A stretch of 64,000 nt of DNA, taken from NCBI GenBank assembly GCA_050250895.1, contig JBFWNU010000002.1:96001-160000 (forward strand). The letters run 5' to 3'. Origin of the DNA: Vulcanimicrobiota bacterium (GTDB taxonomy: Bacteria > Vulcanimicrobiota > Xenobia > Xenobiales > JADMJV01). The position numbers and the translations under genes were made by a program. Numbering within the stretch: position 1 is the stretch's first letter; each line of letters opens with the position of its first letter. The notes below the pieces were generated by a model, which saw only the letters and a list, made by a program, of their open reading frames with translations, had not been told where the DNA came from and did no database searches. Shown here piece after piece: positions 49,391 through 59,485 of this stretch.

Positions 49391-50719
49391 GTGGAATTCA
49401 AAAGCATGGAGGCGCGAATGTCCACCAGGGACCTCGAGGAAAAGCCCCGCACGTGGGTGGGGGTGCAGGTCGAACTAGGCCTGACCACCATAGACCGCGG
49501 GAAGGCTGACGCGGTCATATGGGTTGACGGCGAAAGTCAACGGTTGCGTAGCCTTGATTTCGTTCCGGTTGGCAGTGGCCTGACCCACTTTTCTCGCGGC
49601 CTGCTTCAAGCAATCCACGATGGAGAAGCTCCACCGCCGGGTCGTTTGCTGGTCGAGGCGCCAGCCCAGGTGACTGCCCTGGGCGGGCTCTCAGAACTCG
49701 ATGGCATCTCGATGGAAGTGGACCCGAGTGCGACTTCACTGGCCTGGTCCACGATGAGACCTATTTTGGAGCAGTTAAAGGCCGGAGCGGGCTACGGCTA
49801 TCTGATCGACCACGATCTCGACCCGGATAGGGTCGGCGAGTTCTTTCGCAAGGTCGACGAGTTCTACGATTTAGAGCTGCCGAGCGGCTATCTGATGCTC
49901 GAGGGCTTAAGGGCTGAGCCCCTCTATCTCCACCTCGCGCCGCTGCGGACGTTGCCGGCTTTAAGGGTCTACTATTCTCTGGACTTCTACAACCTCATCG
50001 CGTCGGGCCTAACCGGGGCGGTCTTTTCGTTCCCGTCCCTATTCTTGACTCAGGCTTCGCCCAAGGTCCCTCACCTGGCCCTGGAAGTTGAGGTTCTGAG
50101 CAAAGGGTGGGTGGTTCACCCGCTGGGGTTGCCGATGCTGCTCAACCTTGGCCGCCCTGAGCGGGTGCATCCGACGGCCGACGAGCTGGAGCTGATGATC
50201 TCTGTTTTGGACCATTTGATAGCCTTTCTTGACCCCGACTCAGGGCGCCCCCCGAGCGAGGTCGTGATGGAGTGGTTCGAGCCCTCGGAACTCACCCCGG
50301 TGCCCGAAAGCGACCAGCAGCTCGGCGCCCGCCTCGAGGAGCTTTGGGCTCAGGGCGTACCCTATCAGGCCATCGGCCTGGCCACACGGGCGGTTAGCCT
50401 CCAGGCCAGCTCGCTGAGGCGCCACTGGCTGGCCGACCTCTACTTCAGGCTGGACGTGTACGACGAGGCCTCGTTACTTTGGAGCACGTTTCGCGAAGAC
50501 AAGACGCCCGAGTGGCAGGCGGTGGGAGCGCTCTGCGAATGTCGGGTCGGTCATCTGGCCTCGGGTCGGCGGCTTCTGAAGAAGGTGCTAAAGAAGGCTC
50601 CCGACCTCGGGGCGCGCCTCTTGCAGGCCAGCTCGGAGGACGAGTTCAGCAAGCGCTGGCGCGGGCATTGGCAGAGCTGTCCCGAGGCGGTCCAGGTGCT
50701 GCGTGAGTTGGTGGGCTAG
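49391..50719 (+). CDS. Hypothetical protein with a TPR-like C-terminus
   Basis: 442-aa ORF; start uncertain. Confidence 0.65.
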   Translation: MEFKSMEARMSTRDLEEKPRTWVGVQVELGLTTIDRGKADAVIWVDGESQRLRSLDFVPVGSGLTHFSRGLLQAIHDGEAPPPGRLLVEAPAQVTALGGLSELDGISMEVDPSATSLAWSTMRPILEQLKAGAGYGYLIDHDLDPDRVGEFFRKVDEFYDLELPSGYLMLEGLRAEPLYLHLAPLRTLPALRVYYSLDFYNLIASGLTGAVFSFPSLFLTQASPKVPHLALEVEVLSKGWVVHPLGLPMLLNLGRPERVHPTADELELMISVLDHLIAFLDPDSGRPPSEVVMEWFEPSELTPVPESDQQLGARLEELWAQGVPYQAIGLATRAVSLQASSLRRHWLADLYFRLDVYDEASLLWSTFREDKTPEWQAVGALCECRVGHLASGRRLLKKVLKKAPDLGARLLQASSEDEFSKRWRGHWQSCPEAVQVLRELVG

Positions 50720-50724
50720 CCGGG

Positions 50725-50967
50725 TTAAAAGTCTTCCAGGCGAGCCACCTGAGCGGCTCGCAAGGCCAGCCGTCTCAGCTCGGCCAGGTCTTGTTGGGCC
50801 GCCAGCGACTCTTCGAGTCCGGGAGGGGTTTGCCCAAAGCGCGCGGCTAGCAGCGAAACCACGGTGTGACGAGCCTCGTCTAGTTGGCCGGATTGGTGGC
50901 CCTGCTTTAGGCCCTGCTCAAGGCCCTTTTGGATACCCATCTGCTCGATCGAAGAAATGTAGGGCAC
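50725..50967 (-). CDS. Stand-alone Rpn C-terminal small protein (remnant of an Rpn gene)
   Basis: MPYISSIEQMGIQKGLEQG...RLEDF; AAGGAGG-5nt-GTG start; only ~40 bp of upstream Rpn sequence remain. Confidence 0.7.
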   Translation of the reverse strand: MPYISSIEQMGIQKGLEQGLKQGHQSGQLDEARHTVVSLLAARFGQTPPGLEESLAAQQDLAELRRLALRAAQVARLEDF

Positions 50968-51083
50968 GGCGTCCTCCTTTTCATACTTTGCCAGCTTTTC
51001 GAGGAATTGTCGAGGAAGGCGGCCAAAGTCGATGCACCTGGCTAATCCTCAAGGCAACTGACAGGCGGACGGTCGCCGGGACC

Positions 51084-52262
51084 CTATCGCCGCACCTCCC
51101 TGGCTTCCTCGTTTGTTGGCTCCGTTCCAGGACTCGTCCCGGTGGTAGGCGGGGGCGAGACCATCTTCTGGGTCTGGGCGTCGATCTCACCGAGAATGGT
51201 CAGCCGGTCGTTCGCAATCAGATTTGGCGAGGCAAGAACGGCCCGCACCAGGGCGTCGTAAGAAGGATCTGCCTTTACTTGATTGATGAGCGGCGTGGTC
51301 TGACTCTCATTGGCAACTTGGTTAAAGGCGGGTCCAGGGGAGCCAGAGGGCGAAGCCGGCATTTTATGCCTGGAGGCGGCTAGCAGTGCCCGTTGTGCCA
51401 CAAAGTCTCGATAGGGCTTGGACAGCTCTTTGAGGGAAAACCAGTCCTCGCGGTGGGTTGTATGGGTGACCTCCACCAACATCATGGAGAGATCCTCTCT
51501 TTGGAACCCTGCAGGTACCCGAGAGATGAGCTTGGTCGTGGCCTCGGTCGGGTCAGCCCATGTGCAGTCTCTGACCATCGTCGTTACCTTGTTGATGAAC
51601 TCGTTGTCAATTGCTCTATTGTTGGCCTTGTAAATGACATAGTGACCCGCTTGCGGGCGTTCCAAGACAGTCGAGTAGCTTACCTCCAGCACGTTATCCC
51701 GGAATTGTAGAACAGATTCAACGCCGCTCATAATCGTCTCCGAGTATTCATCAGCATTGGCGGGTACGCTCACACCAGCGATCTTGGTTACGGAGGCCAG
51801 GACCTGAAAGAAGGGCTGGGTCAAATTGTCGTCTTCGAGTTTGGCCTTCACTAGAGCCAGATTCAGCCGAATGCCACCCCCAACATACGGAGCGGGGCCC
51901 AATAAAGGCTGGTTAAAAATCATGATGCGTTGGTGGTCTTCACCATGCTCCTTCTGAAAGACGTTAGGGTCGCCGAGGCAACTCACTTGCTTCCATTCAC
52001 CGTCGCTGGCGTCGAGGATGGAGATCTGACTACGGACCGAGGCAAAATACCGTCTCCAATACCATTTGTCTTCGTCGAGGGTGGCTGCCCGAGCCCGAAT
52101 TTTGACGTAGAACTGTTGATGATTTCTTAGGCAATCGGCGTCTGTCTCGCTGGGAATGAATATAATTCCAACCTGGTCGTCGGCACCTGCCTGAGCCCCC
52201 CAGACTAGTAAGAGCGTGACAGCTAAGCCTATTATTCGTAATACCGGTATTGCTTTGTTCAT
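51084..52262 (-). CDS. Hypothetical exported protein, lower GC
   Basis: Signal peptide; AT-richer codon usage. Confidence 0.7.
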   Translation of the reverse strand: MNKAIPVLRIIGLAVTLLLVWGAQAGADDQVGIIFIPSETDADCLRNHQQFYVKIRARAATLDEDKWYWRRYFASVRSQISILDASDGEWKQVSCLGDPNVFQKEHGEDHQRIMIFNQPLLGPAPYVGGGIRLNLALVKAKLEDDNLTQPFFQVLASVTKIAGVSVPANADEYSETIMSGVESVLQFRDNVLEVSYSTVLERPQAGHYVIYKANNRAIDNEFINKVTTMVRDCTWADPTEATTKLISRVPAGFQREDLSMMLVEVTHTTHREDWFSLKELSKPYRDFVAQRALLAASRHKMPASPSGSPGPAFNQVANESQTTPLINQVKADPSYDALVRAVLASPNLIANDRLTILGEIDAQTQKMVSPPPTTGTSPGTEPTNEEAREVRR

Positions 52263-52461
52263 TCTTCCCCCTGGGTGACGTAGTTCTTTGCTCTGATAGA
52301 TTGGAGTGGCCTATGACGTGGATATTGATTGATAGGCCTGGCTTGCCGCATCCCCCAGGTGGCCAGAGAGAGGCTTGTTTTGGGCTTGGCTCGTTGGGTG
52401 TGGCTACATCGAATCGACGCTCGGTGATAGGTCTGTCCCCGCGCGTGTAGAAGTCTTGGGC

Positions 52462-53226
52462 ATGGACCGCCTGTTGAAGATCGGATTTGAATGTGTTGGT
52501 CACTGGACGTTGCAGAACGGCCAGCCGGTTTGCCAGCTCGAACGCCACACCACCTCGCATAATCTCCTCTATGCTCTGGTCAGCGACGGAGACGTGAAGT
52601 ACCTCGGCAAGACCATCAAAGACCTCAAAACGAGGATGGACCAGTATCAGAACCCTGGGTCCGGCCAGTCGACCAACATCAAGAACCACGAGAACATCAG
52701 GCGGCTGTTGCAGGCGGGGGAGGCCGTTGATGTGCTGGTTCTGGTCGACAACGGGCTGCTCCACTACGGAGACTTTCACGTCAATCTCGCCGCTGGACTC
52801 GAGGATAGTCTGATCGCGACCCTCTCGCCCGAATGGAACGGGTCACGACGGAGAAAGGCGGCCGTCGCGCGCTCTGGGGCCGTGACCGTATCGCCTCCCC
52901 CTGAAGCCGCTGTCCCCCAGCGGTTGCCCGGTCGAAGTTTTCGCATCACACTGGGTAAGACCTATTACGAGAAGGGTTTCTTCAACGTGCCGACCGACTT
53001 TTCGGACCGATTCGGCGAGGACCGCGAGCGCGTGTCTATCTTCTTGGGAGAGAGCGGACGGGTCGTCGACGGGTATATCAACCGGACCGCCAATCCCGAC
53101 TCTGGTGCGCCCCGGGTCTTCGGAGGCGCGACGCTACGGAACTGGGTTCAGAGCACCTTCAAGTTGAATGAGGCCGCCGAGGTCGAGGTCGTTTCTCCTC
53201 GCGAGATGGTCATCCGTCGGCCCTGA
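52462..53226 (+). CDS. GIY-YIG nuclease family protein with an extra C-terminal domain
   Basis: LLYALV...VKYLGKT...LKTRM..Y...GLEDSLI....PEWN. Confidence 0.8.
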   Translation: MDRLLKIGFECVGHWTLQNGQPVCQLERHTTSHNLLYALVSDGDVKYLGKTIKDLKTRMDQYQNPGSGQSTNIKNHENIRRLLQAGEAVDVLVLVDNGLLHYGDFHVNLAAGLEDSLIATLSPEWNGSRRRKAAVARSGAVTVSPPPEAAVPQRLPGRSFRITLGKTYYEKGFFNVPTDFSDRFGEDRERVSIFLGESGRVVDGYINRTANPDSGAPRVFGGATLRNWVQSTFKLNEAAEVEVVSPREMVIRRP

Positions 53227-53234
53227 CGGAGCCG

Positions 53235-54113
53235 TTGGCTGGTAGGTTGGCTCGCGAGGTCCGGGTCGACTCCCCGGCGGTCGACGTTTTGTTGGCTCAG
53301 GACGTACTCGTTGTCGCGGGCCGGGACCACCTCTCTGTGGTTGGACGCGACAGCAGAAGGAATTACCCCCTTTCCATCCAGGGCTTGGTGGCGGGCCCGG
53401 AGGCAAGTAGTGTCCTGTGTGTGGGGTCAGCGGCTGAGGCCGGCGCGCCAAGGCAGGTCTATCGGTTGGACACGGACACCAAAGCACTAGAGGCTATCGG
53501 CTCGCGCGCTATAGAGAGCTGGTCGAACAGGCACGACGGTGAGTTCTGGGTGGTCATCGAAGGCGACGAGGTGCACCTACTTCGGGCGAGGTCGCTGGAA
53601 CTCGAGAGAGCACATCGAACCTTCTGGCCGGTCTATACAGAGTTGTTCGAAGAGAAGCTCTACGTCGAGACCAGCAGTCTGGGAGCACGTCACTTTGAGG
53701 TGTTGTCCTATCCTGACCTGGCCCGGTTGGAGTCCGGTGATGTGCCCCGCTATCCTATCGACTTTCCCCAAGAGATTTGCAACCACTCTTGGCCCTCGCC
53801 CCGTGCCGAGGACCGGCGCTGTGCGGTTTGGCCCTGGCGGTCCACCGACGGTTCGCTACTTGCCCGCGTCATCACATCAAGTGGTGACGTTCTGGCCTAT
53901 CTCCCGTCGCGGGCCGAGGGCCTTGTCTGTGCTTCTGGCTGGACCGTCGTCTGGGCGCAGTGTGAACAGGGCCTGGAGTTTCAGCTCATCGGTGAGCATC
54001 CGCGCCGTTTTCTGCTTCCGGAGGCTGACCGAGCTTGCGCGAGATTCTGCCAGGGGAAGCTGTTGATTGGCGATTCTACAGGTCGGGTTCTTGAGATGGC
54101 TCTGGCCCCTTAA
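53235..54113 (+). CDS. Hypothetical beta-rich protein
   Basis: 292-aa ORF directly after the GIY-YIG gene. Confidence 0.55.
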   Translation: MAGRLAREVRVDSPAVDVLLAQDVLVVAGRDHLSVVGRDSRRNYPLSIQGLVAGPEASSVLCVGSAAEAGAPRQVYRLDTDTKALEAIGSRAIESWSNRHDGEFWVVIEGDEVHLLRARSLELERAHRTFWPVYTELFEEKLYVETSSLGARHFEVLSYPDLARLESGDVPRYPIDFPQEICNHSWPSPRAEDRRCAVWPWRSTDGSLLARVITSSGDVLAYLPSRAEGLVCASGWTVVWAQCEQGLEFQLIGEHPRRFLLPEADRACARFCQGKLLIGDSTGRVLEMALAP

Positions 54114-57100
54114 GCTGATGGCACTCCCAATTCCTCGTAGAGACGACTCGGCACCGACTCATGCAGACGCCAGCGGACAGTGATGGGGCGTTCGTCCTCC
54201 CAGTCGACGAAGTCTACTTCGCCGCAGTAGATGAACGGGCTACGCTTTTGCGGACGAATAAATAGGTGGATCAGCAAACCGTCCTCCGCCTGCTGACTGA
54301 TGATTCTGCCGTGCTTGCTATCCTGGACGGTACGGTTTTGGCTTTGCCACTGGAACACACCTGACGAGAGAAAGTGGTCTGTGTAGGCCGTCGGCATATC
54401 GCGTTTGTCAAGCGTCACCAGCAGGAAGACGTGACGGTCACTAACCACAAAGCCCTGATTCCAACTACCAGTGTTGAACTCCAGACCGAATAGTCCGGGA
54501 ATCTGTTCGCGGGAGTAGCGTTTCCAACGAACCGGTCCCTGGCTAGCCAAGCCGACCGGGAGCATCTCCCAGCCACTTGAACCGGGCTCGAAGTTCACTC
54601 TATGTACGGTGCCAGGCAAGCCGGCGTCGGGTCCGAACCAGCCGCGCAATAGCTGGGGAAGCGAGTTTGCACCACCTTCCTTGTCGCGAACCAATTCCAG
54701 AGATGACGACAAGAACTCACCGTGATACGCTTTGCCGTCGACCGTGAGTTTGGTCCAGCCAGAAGGGCTAGGGCCCGTTTGCTCCCAGGAGACAACCGGC
54801 TTGCCGCCGCGGTGACTTAGTCTGGCCTCAAACGCCTTGCTCTTGGACGATGGCCGGTCAAGATACTCCGCCAGGCGCCATTCCGCCAATTCCCTCACCA
54901 ACTCCAGAAACGCGTCGCTGCCTTCCAGGCCGACAGAGCGGAAAGTCTCGCCGTCAAAGTCGAAGAAATTCCCTTGAACCCACGCATTGATTGGGTTCTT
55001 GGCAACTGAGCGTCGGACCTTAGCCGCATCCTCGAGGGGAGCCGCGATATCTGCCCGAAGCTTAGCATTCCTCTGGGCGATTCGAATGAACCCATCGGTC
55101 AGTTCATCCAGCGCGATTGAACCCGGGAATCGACCTTGGTTGAGCATTGACAGTAGAGTCACCATCTTATAGCTTCTGGTCATTTTGGTGGTCTCTAAAT
55201 CCTCGAGAAAACTTCGATTTCTAACGAAGGCATCGTCTTGCGCAGGACTCAATCCCCCCATCATCCGAACGAACCCGAGCCATGAACCGAAGCCCCCCCT
55301 GGCGTCTCCTGGGTTGTAGCCGTCCTGATAGGCTTCGACCGCCGAAGGCCGATGGTCTTGCAGATGGACGAAGTCCTCATAATAGAGGCGCAGCGCCTCG
55401 TCTTTCTTGGGAGAACGAAGCAGGCCCCGGAGGATGTCCACCGCGGCCAGGTCATAGACCACTTCACAGCCGGTCGGCAAAAGGAACTCGCCACGCTCGA
55501 TGAGCTTGAGAGCGTGTGAGAGCTGAGCGTCCGAGGCGCGTCCAGAGGCACCAGTCATCTCGGCCAGCAAGGTCTCGATCTTGAGCAGAAAACTGCGATG
55601 ATTGCCAATGTAGTCGATGACCGAAAGATGCGATTTGCCCTCGGCCCGGCGCAGACCGCGGCCCAACTGCTGCAGCCAGAGAATGCGCGACTCGGTGGGG
55701 CGCAGCATCATTACCGTGTCGATGGTCGGCACGTCGACTCCTTCGTTGAACATGTCGACGCAGCAGATGATGTCGAGTTCGCCGCGAGCCAGCCGTTCTA
55801 GCGAGGCGGCTCGGGGAGCGCTCGCTGCACCGGAATGCACGGCCACGGCCCGCAAGCCATGCTCGCGAAAGAACTCGCTCATGAAGTCGGCGTGAAGCAT
55901 CGAGCAGCAGAAGGCCAGGGTGCGCTCACCGCCTCGCAGTCGATACTGCTCGAGCGCGTTCTCGGCCCGCTGGCGAGTGGCCAGGGCGTTGGTCAGAGCC
56001 TCTGGCTCAAAGCGCGAACTGCGCCAGGGGATGTTGGCGTAGTCCACTTCGTCGGGCACACCAAAGTAACGAAAGGGGCTCAGATACTCGCGCTCGACCC
56101 CGCGGGCCAGGTCGCACCGATAGACCAGATTTTGTCCGCACAGAGCCAGCAAATCGCCACCGTCGGAGCGCTCGGGAGTGGCCGTCAAACCCAGCATGAA
56201 GGTCGGCTCGAAATACTCGATGAGCCTGCGATAAGTGGTCGCGCAGGCGTGATGAAATTCGTCCACGACGATATAATCAAAGGCTTTGCGGTCAAATAGG
56301 CGATGATGGCTCACCTTGCCCAGGGTCTGGATGCTCGCGAAGAGAACCTCGGCCTCGGGCACCTTTTCCTGACCCGTGTAGAGCCCAAGTCGAGCCCTTG
56401 GCCGAATGCGACGGTAGGTGTCGCGAGCCTGGTTGAGGATCTCCTCACGGTGGGCCACGAACAGCACGCGTCGAAACGGACGACTGTCAAAAGCAGACAG
56501 CCAGGTCTTGCCCAGGCCTGTGGCCAGGACCACCAGCCCGGCCCGATTGCCGGCCTCGCGGGTGGCCTGTAGAGCGGCCAGTGCCTCCTTCTGGATCTCG
56601 TGGGGCTCAGGCGGGGGAGCCAACGGCTCGGCCACCAGTTCTGGCTGCCGAGGCAGTGCCTCGGGGCTGCGCCGCCGCCCCCGATAGCGCTCGACCCAGT
56701 CGTAGGTGAGCGGAACGGTGTAAGGATGACGGAAGAGGCTCTCGAAGGCCGCCCGCACCTGGGCCAGGCCGGCCGCCTCATCGACCACTCGATAGTTCCA
56801 CTCGACCGTTTCTTCCCAGGCCGGACGGGTGAGGTTGGAGCTGCCCACATAGGCCGTCTCGCGTCCGTTGCGGTCGATGAGCAGGTAAGACTTGGGGTGA
56901 AAACCCGAGCGGCTCCGGCCGGTCTCGAATACCCTCAGCTCGACCTTGCCTTCCAGGTCGAGCAGGCGGATCAGGGCATCCGGGTCGGTCAGGTCAAGAT
57001 AGTCGCCGGTGACGATACGCAGGCCTCCGTCACGTTGCTGTAGCAGATCTTTTAAGTGCGCTTCCACCAGGTCGATTCCGCTGGGCAGAATGAACGCCAC

Positions 57101-57565
57101 TGCGATGTCCAACTGCACGGCCTGGTCGAGATCCTTCATCAGCACTCGCCGCAAGGGGTCGGTGACATCGCCAGCGATTAACCGGCGTTCATCGTCGAGA
57201 TAGTTGGGCCGCCCCGGAATCACGCTCCGCACCCCGCCAGTCGGGTCGCCGACATCGCCGCGATAACGAGGGATCACGTGAACATGGAGATGAGGCACCG
57301 TCTGGCCGGCCACTTCGCCGACGTTGATGCCGATGTTGAAACCTTCAGGTTGGTGTCTCTCCAGGATTGCGTCCCGGGCGATCGCGACCGCCTCCATCAG
57401 TTCGCGCTGTTCGGCCGGCGAGGCTGCAAACCAATCCGACACCAGGCGTCGGGTCACCAGCAAAGCGTGCCCCGGGCTGACGGGGAAGGCATCCCACAGG
57501 CCCAGCACTTTGTCGCCCTGGTGAAAGACCAGCTTCGGGTCCGGGTCAAGAAAGGGTGAATTCAT
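54110..57565 (-). CDS. HIT-PLD nuclease-SF2 helicase-DUF3427-like fusion (SauUSI-like type IV restriction enzyme)
   Basis: FPVSPGH and HLHVH (HIT); FHPKSY...GSSNLT (PLD); ATGLGKT, DEFHH, TATP, QQLGRGLR (helicase); FQWQSQN...FIYCG at the C-terminus. Confidence 0.88.
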   Translation of the reverse strand: MNSPFLDPDPKLVFHQGDKVLGLWDAFPVSPGHALLVTRRLVSDWFAASPAEQRELMEAVAIARDAILERHQPEGFNIGINVGEVAGQTVPHLHVHVIPRYRGDVGDPTGGVRSVIPGRPNYLDDERRLIAGDVTDPLRRVLMKDLDQAVQLDIAVAFILPSGIDLVEAHLKDLLQQRDGGLRIVTGDYLDLTDPDALIRLLDLEGKVELRVFETGRSRSGFHPKSYLLIDRNGRETAYVGSSNLTRPAWEETVEWNYRVVDEAAGLAQVRAAFESLFRHPYTVPLTYDWVERYRGRRRSPEALPRQPELVAEPLAPPPEPHEIQKEALAALQATREAGNRAGLVVLATGLGKTWLSAFDSRPFRRVLFVAHREEILNQARDTYRRIRPRARLGLYTGQEKVPEAEVLFASIQTLGKVSHHRLFDRKAFDYIVVDEFHHACATTYRRLIEYFEPTFMLGLTATPERSDGGDLLALCGQNLVYRCDLARGVEREYLSPFRYFGVPDEVDYANIPWRSSRFEPEALTNALATRQRAENALEQYRLRGGERTLAFCCSMLHADFMSEFFREHGLRAVAVHSGAASAPRAASLERLARGELDIICCVDMFNEGVDVPTIDTVMMLRPTESRILWLQQLGRGLRRAEGKSHLSVIDYIGNHRSFLLKIETLLAEMTGASGRASDAQLSHALKLIERGEFLLPTGCEVVYDLAAVDILRGLLRSPKKDEALRLYYEDFVHLQDHRPSAVEAYQDGYNPGDARGGFGSWLGFVRMMGGLSPAQDDAFVRNRSFLEDLETTKMTRSYKMVTLLSMLNQGRFPGSIALDELTDGFIRIAQRNAKLRADIAAPLEDAAKVRRSVAKNPINAWVQGNFFDFDGETFRSVGLEGSDAFLELVRELAEWRLAEYLDRPSSKSKAFEARLSHRGGKPVVSWEQTGPSPSGWTKLTVDGKAYHGEFLSSSLELVRDKEGGANSLPQLLRGWFGPDAGLPGTVHRVNFEPGSSGWEMLPVGLASQGPVRWKRYSREQIPGLFGLEFNTGSWNQGFVVSDRHVFLLVTLDKRDMPTAYTDHFLSSGVFQWQSQNRTVQDSKHGRIISQQAEDGLLIHLFIRPQKRSPFIYCGEVDFVDWEDERPITVRWRLHESVPSRLYEELGVPSA

Positions 57566-58047
57566 CGGGTAACCACTTCCAAGCGGCCATCCAGCCCCGC
57601 TTCGACACACTCACTGCAGCGCCAGCTCGACATCGGCCGGCCCGCCTTGCGGCTGGCTCCGCAAACCGGACAGCGGTGGATGTAGACGGTCCTCGGCTGC
57701 GGGTTCTTACTGACCACCTCAACCTGCGTACGAGGTGGGTAGCCGGCCAGGTCGACCAGGGTCTGCCACTCGCGGCCGTGAGGTCGAGCCTTTCCATGCA
57801 GACGATAGACCACGAAGTGGGCAAACTCATGACACAGGGCCTCTTCAAGCAGTTCGGGGTATCGTGTGAGCAGCGGTTGGCTCAGGCGAATCTCGCCTCG
57901 GGCCGGCCAGCACCTTCCCAGTGTCGCCGTCATGCGTCGGCTGAATTTGACTGTCACGGCTTGCTCCAGCCCTGGCTGGCCCCAGCGTCTCGCCCAATTG
58001 GCCAACAAGGGAGCGCAATCCATTTCTTCTAACTTGAGTGCATCCAT
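57562..58047 (-). CDS. SprT-like zinc metalloprotease
   Basis: RMTATLG, LCHEFAH, PHGREW, two CxxC; ATGA overlap with the helicase start. Confidence 0.88.
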   Translation of the reverse strand: MDALKLEEMDCAPLLANWARRWGQPGLEQAVTVKFSRRMTATLGRCWPARGEIRLSQPLLTRYPELLEEALCHEFAHFVVYRLHGKARPHGREWQTLVDLAGYPPRTQVEVVSKNPQPRTVYIHRCPVCGASRKAGRPMSSWRCSECVEAGLDGRLEVVTR

Positions 58048-58628
58048 GGTTGTTGACGTGTACTTTGCCTGAGGCGTAACCTGCCCTCCTCGAAGAGCCT
58101 AACAGCCGTGAGTGACAGAGGCTGTCACTCCTTCTCGACCAGCGATGCCAGCACAAAGCGCAGTTCACTGCGGGCGAAGACGACGTGCGTCTCCGGAAAG
58201 ACCAGGACACAATCAAAGGGTGGTCGTTCAAGATACCAGATGCCGTCCATGCTCCCGAACCGGTCGAATTGCCAGTCAGGCTCGGGGCATTCCAACCGCT
58301 GACCTGACACCAAATCGACTAGACCACAGAGCCTTCGGCACCACGTAAACCGCATAGGTGGGCAAAGCCTCGCGAAGCAACAACCGTGAACTCGCGTCCT
58401 CAAAGAAGTCGGACCCGTCACCGTAAATTTGCAGAAAGCACTCCGTCTGGTCTCGAAAAAGGGCACCTGATCCAATGAACTCGTCGAGACTGGCCAAGCT
58501 TCCCCGTTCCCTCCTGAGCAGCACCCCTCCTCGCTCCAGACCCCCCGTCGTCCTCACAACTAGCGGAACACACGTATTCGCGCCTGAGCGCTGAGGGACA
58601 AACCGGGAGACTGTAGAAAGTAGTTACC

Positions 58629-58913
58629 GTGACTTTCGACGACCTGCCCGAGGAATGCACCCCCGAGCTCCTCGACCAGCTCAAGACGGTCCTGGATAAG
58701 CTCGACCTCATGCGCCTCTGCGACCGAATGCTGCCCCTCGAGGGCGAGCAGGAGCAGCTGTTCCGGGCTGACCTGGAGGAGTTTCTCGGCGAAGCCTGCC
58801 CCATCAGTGCCAAGCTGCTGGCTTCGGTCGACTTCGACCTGAGCCGGCTCGACCTGGCTCCCCTACGCCAGAAGATCGAAGCCGTCAGAGCCCACCTCGC
58901 CGCTACCCAATGA
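58629..58913 (+). CDS. Hypothetical protein
   Basis: Acidic helical ORF coupled to the next gene by ATGA. Confidence 0.6.
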   Translation: MTFDDLPEECTPELLDQLKTVLDKLDLMRLCDRMLPLEGEQEQLFRADLEEFLGEACPISAKLLASVDFDLSRLDLAPLRQKIEAVRAHLAATQ

Positions 58914-59431
58914 CTCGACGAGCCCCCCAGCTCGATCAGTGCGAAAACTGGACCTTCGAGGCCGTCGCCCAACGCTACCACGACTACTGCCGCCGCTACC
59001 GTGTGAAATGGAGTCCTGTCGAAGTCCAGGCATACTACCGAGAGCGACGGTGGCTCACGGGCATCCTTCGTCCGCTCATCTTGCGAGCCAAACAGGGCGA
59101 CCTGGCCGCCGCCGAGGTCTGCATCGAGCTAATGGAAGAGGACCGCGGTCTGGCCTTCGGCTGCATCCTCAAATCGAACATCCCCCGGGCCATCTCGAAG
59201 TGTGCCCTGACGCCGTATCAGCAAGACCGAATCCGGCAACGGGTCCTGGACATGCTGACCCGAGGCTACCTGCCCAAGGAGTTCCGGCAGTATGCCTGGC
59301 TGGTGCGCAAGCTCGGCTTGTTGACCTCGCCAGAATGGCAGGCTCGCCTCGACCAGGTCGACGACTCGAATCCCTGGGCGGCGTGGTACATCCAGTATCT
59401 GACCAAACCCCACCCACCGCGTCAGCCTTGA
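58910..59431 (+). CDS. Hypothetical protein
   Basis: Host-like codon usage; overlaps the previous stop. Confidence 0.65.
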   Translation: MTRRAPQLDQCENWTFEAVAQRYHDYCRRYRVKWSPVEVQAYYRERRWLTGILRPLILRAKQGDLAAAEVCIELMEEDRGLAFGCILKSNIPRAISKCALTPYQQDRIRQRVLDMLTRGYLPKEFRQYAWLVRKLGLLTSPEWQARLDQVDDSNPWAAWYIQYLTKPHPPRQP

Positions 59432-59485
59432 ACGAGCCTCGGCCTCGATTGAGGAAGTTTCAACTCCGCTCGGCCCGGGCATGCC

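Noticed and set aside
58125-58475. 116-aa ORF upstream of SprT
   Set aside because: No motif or clear RBS; may be a fragment, so it is not called.
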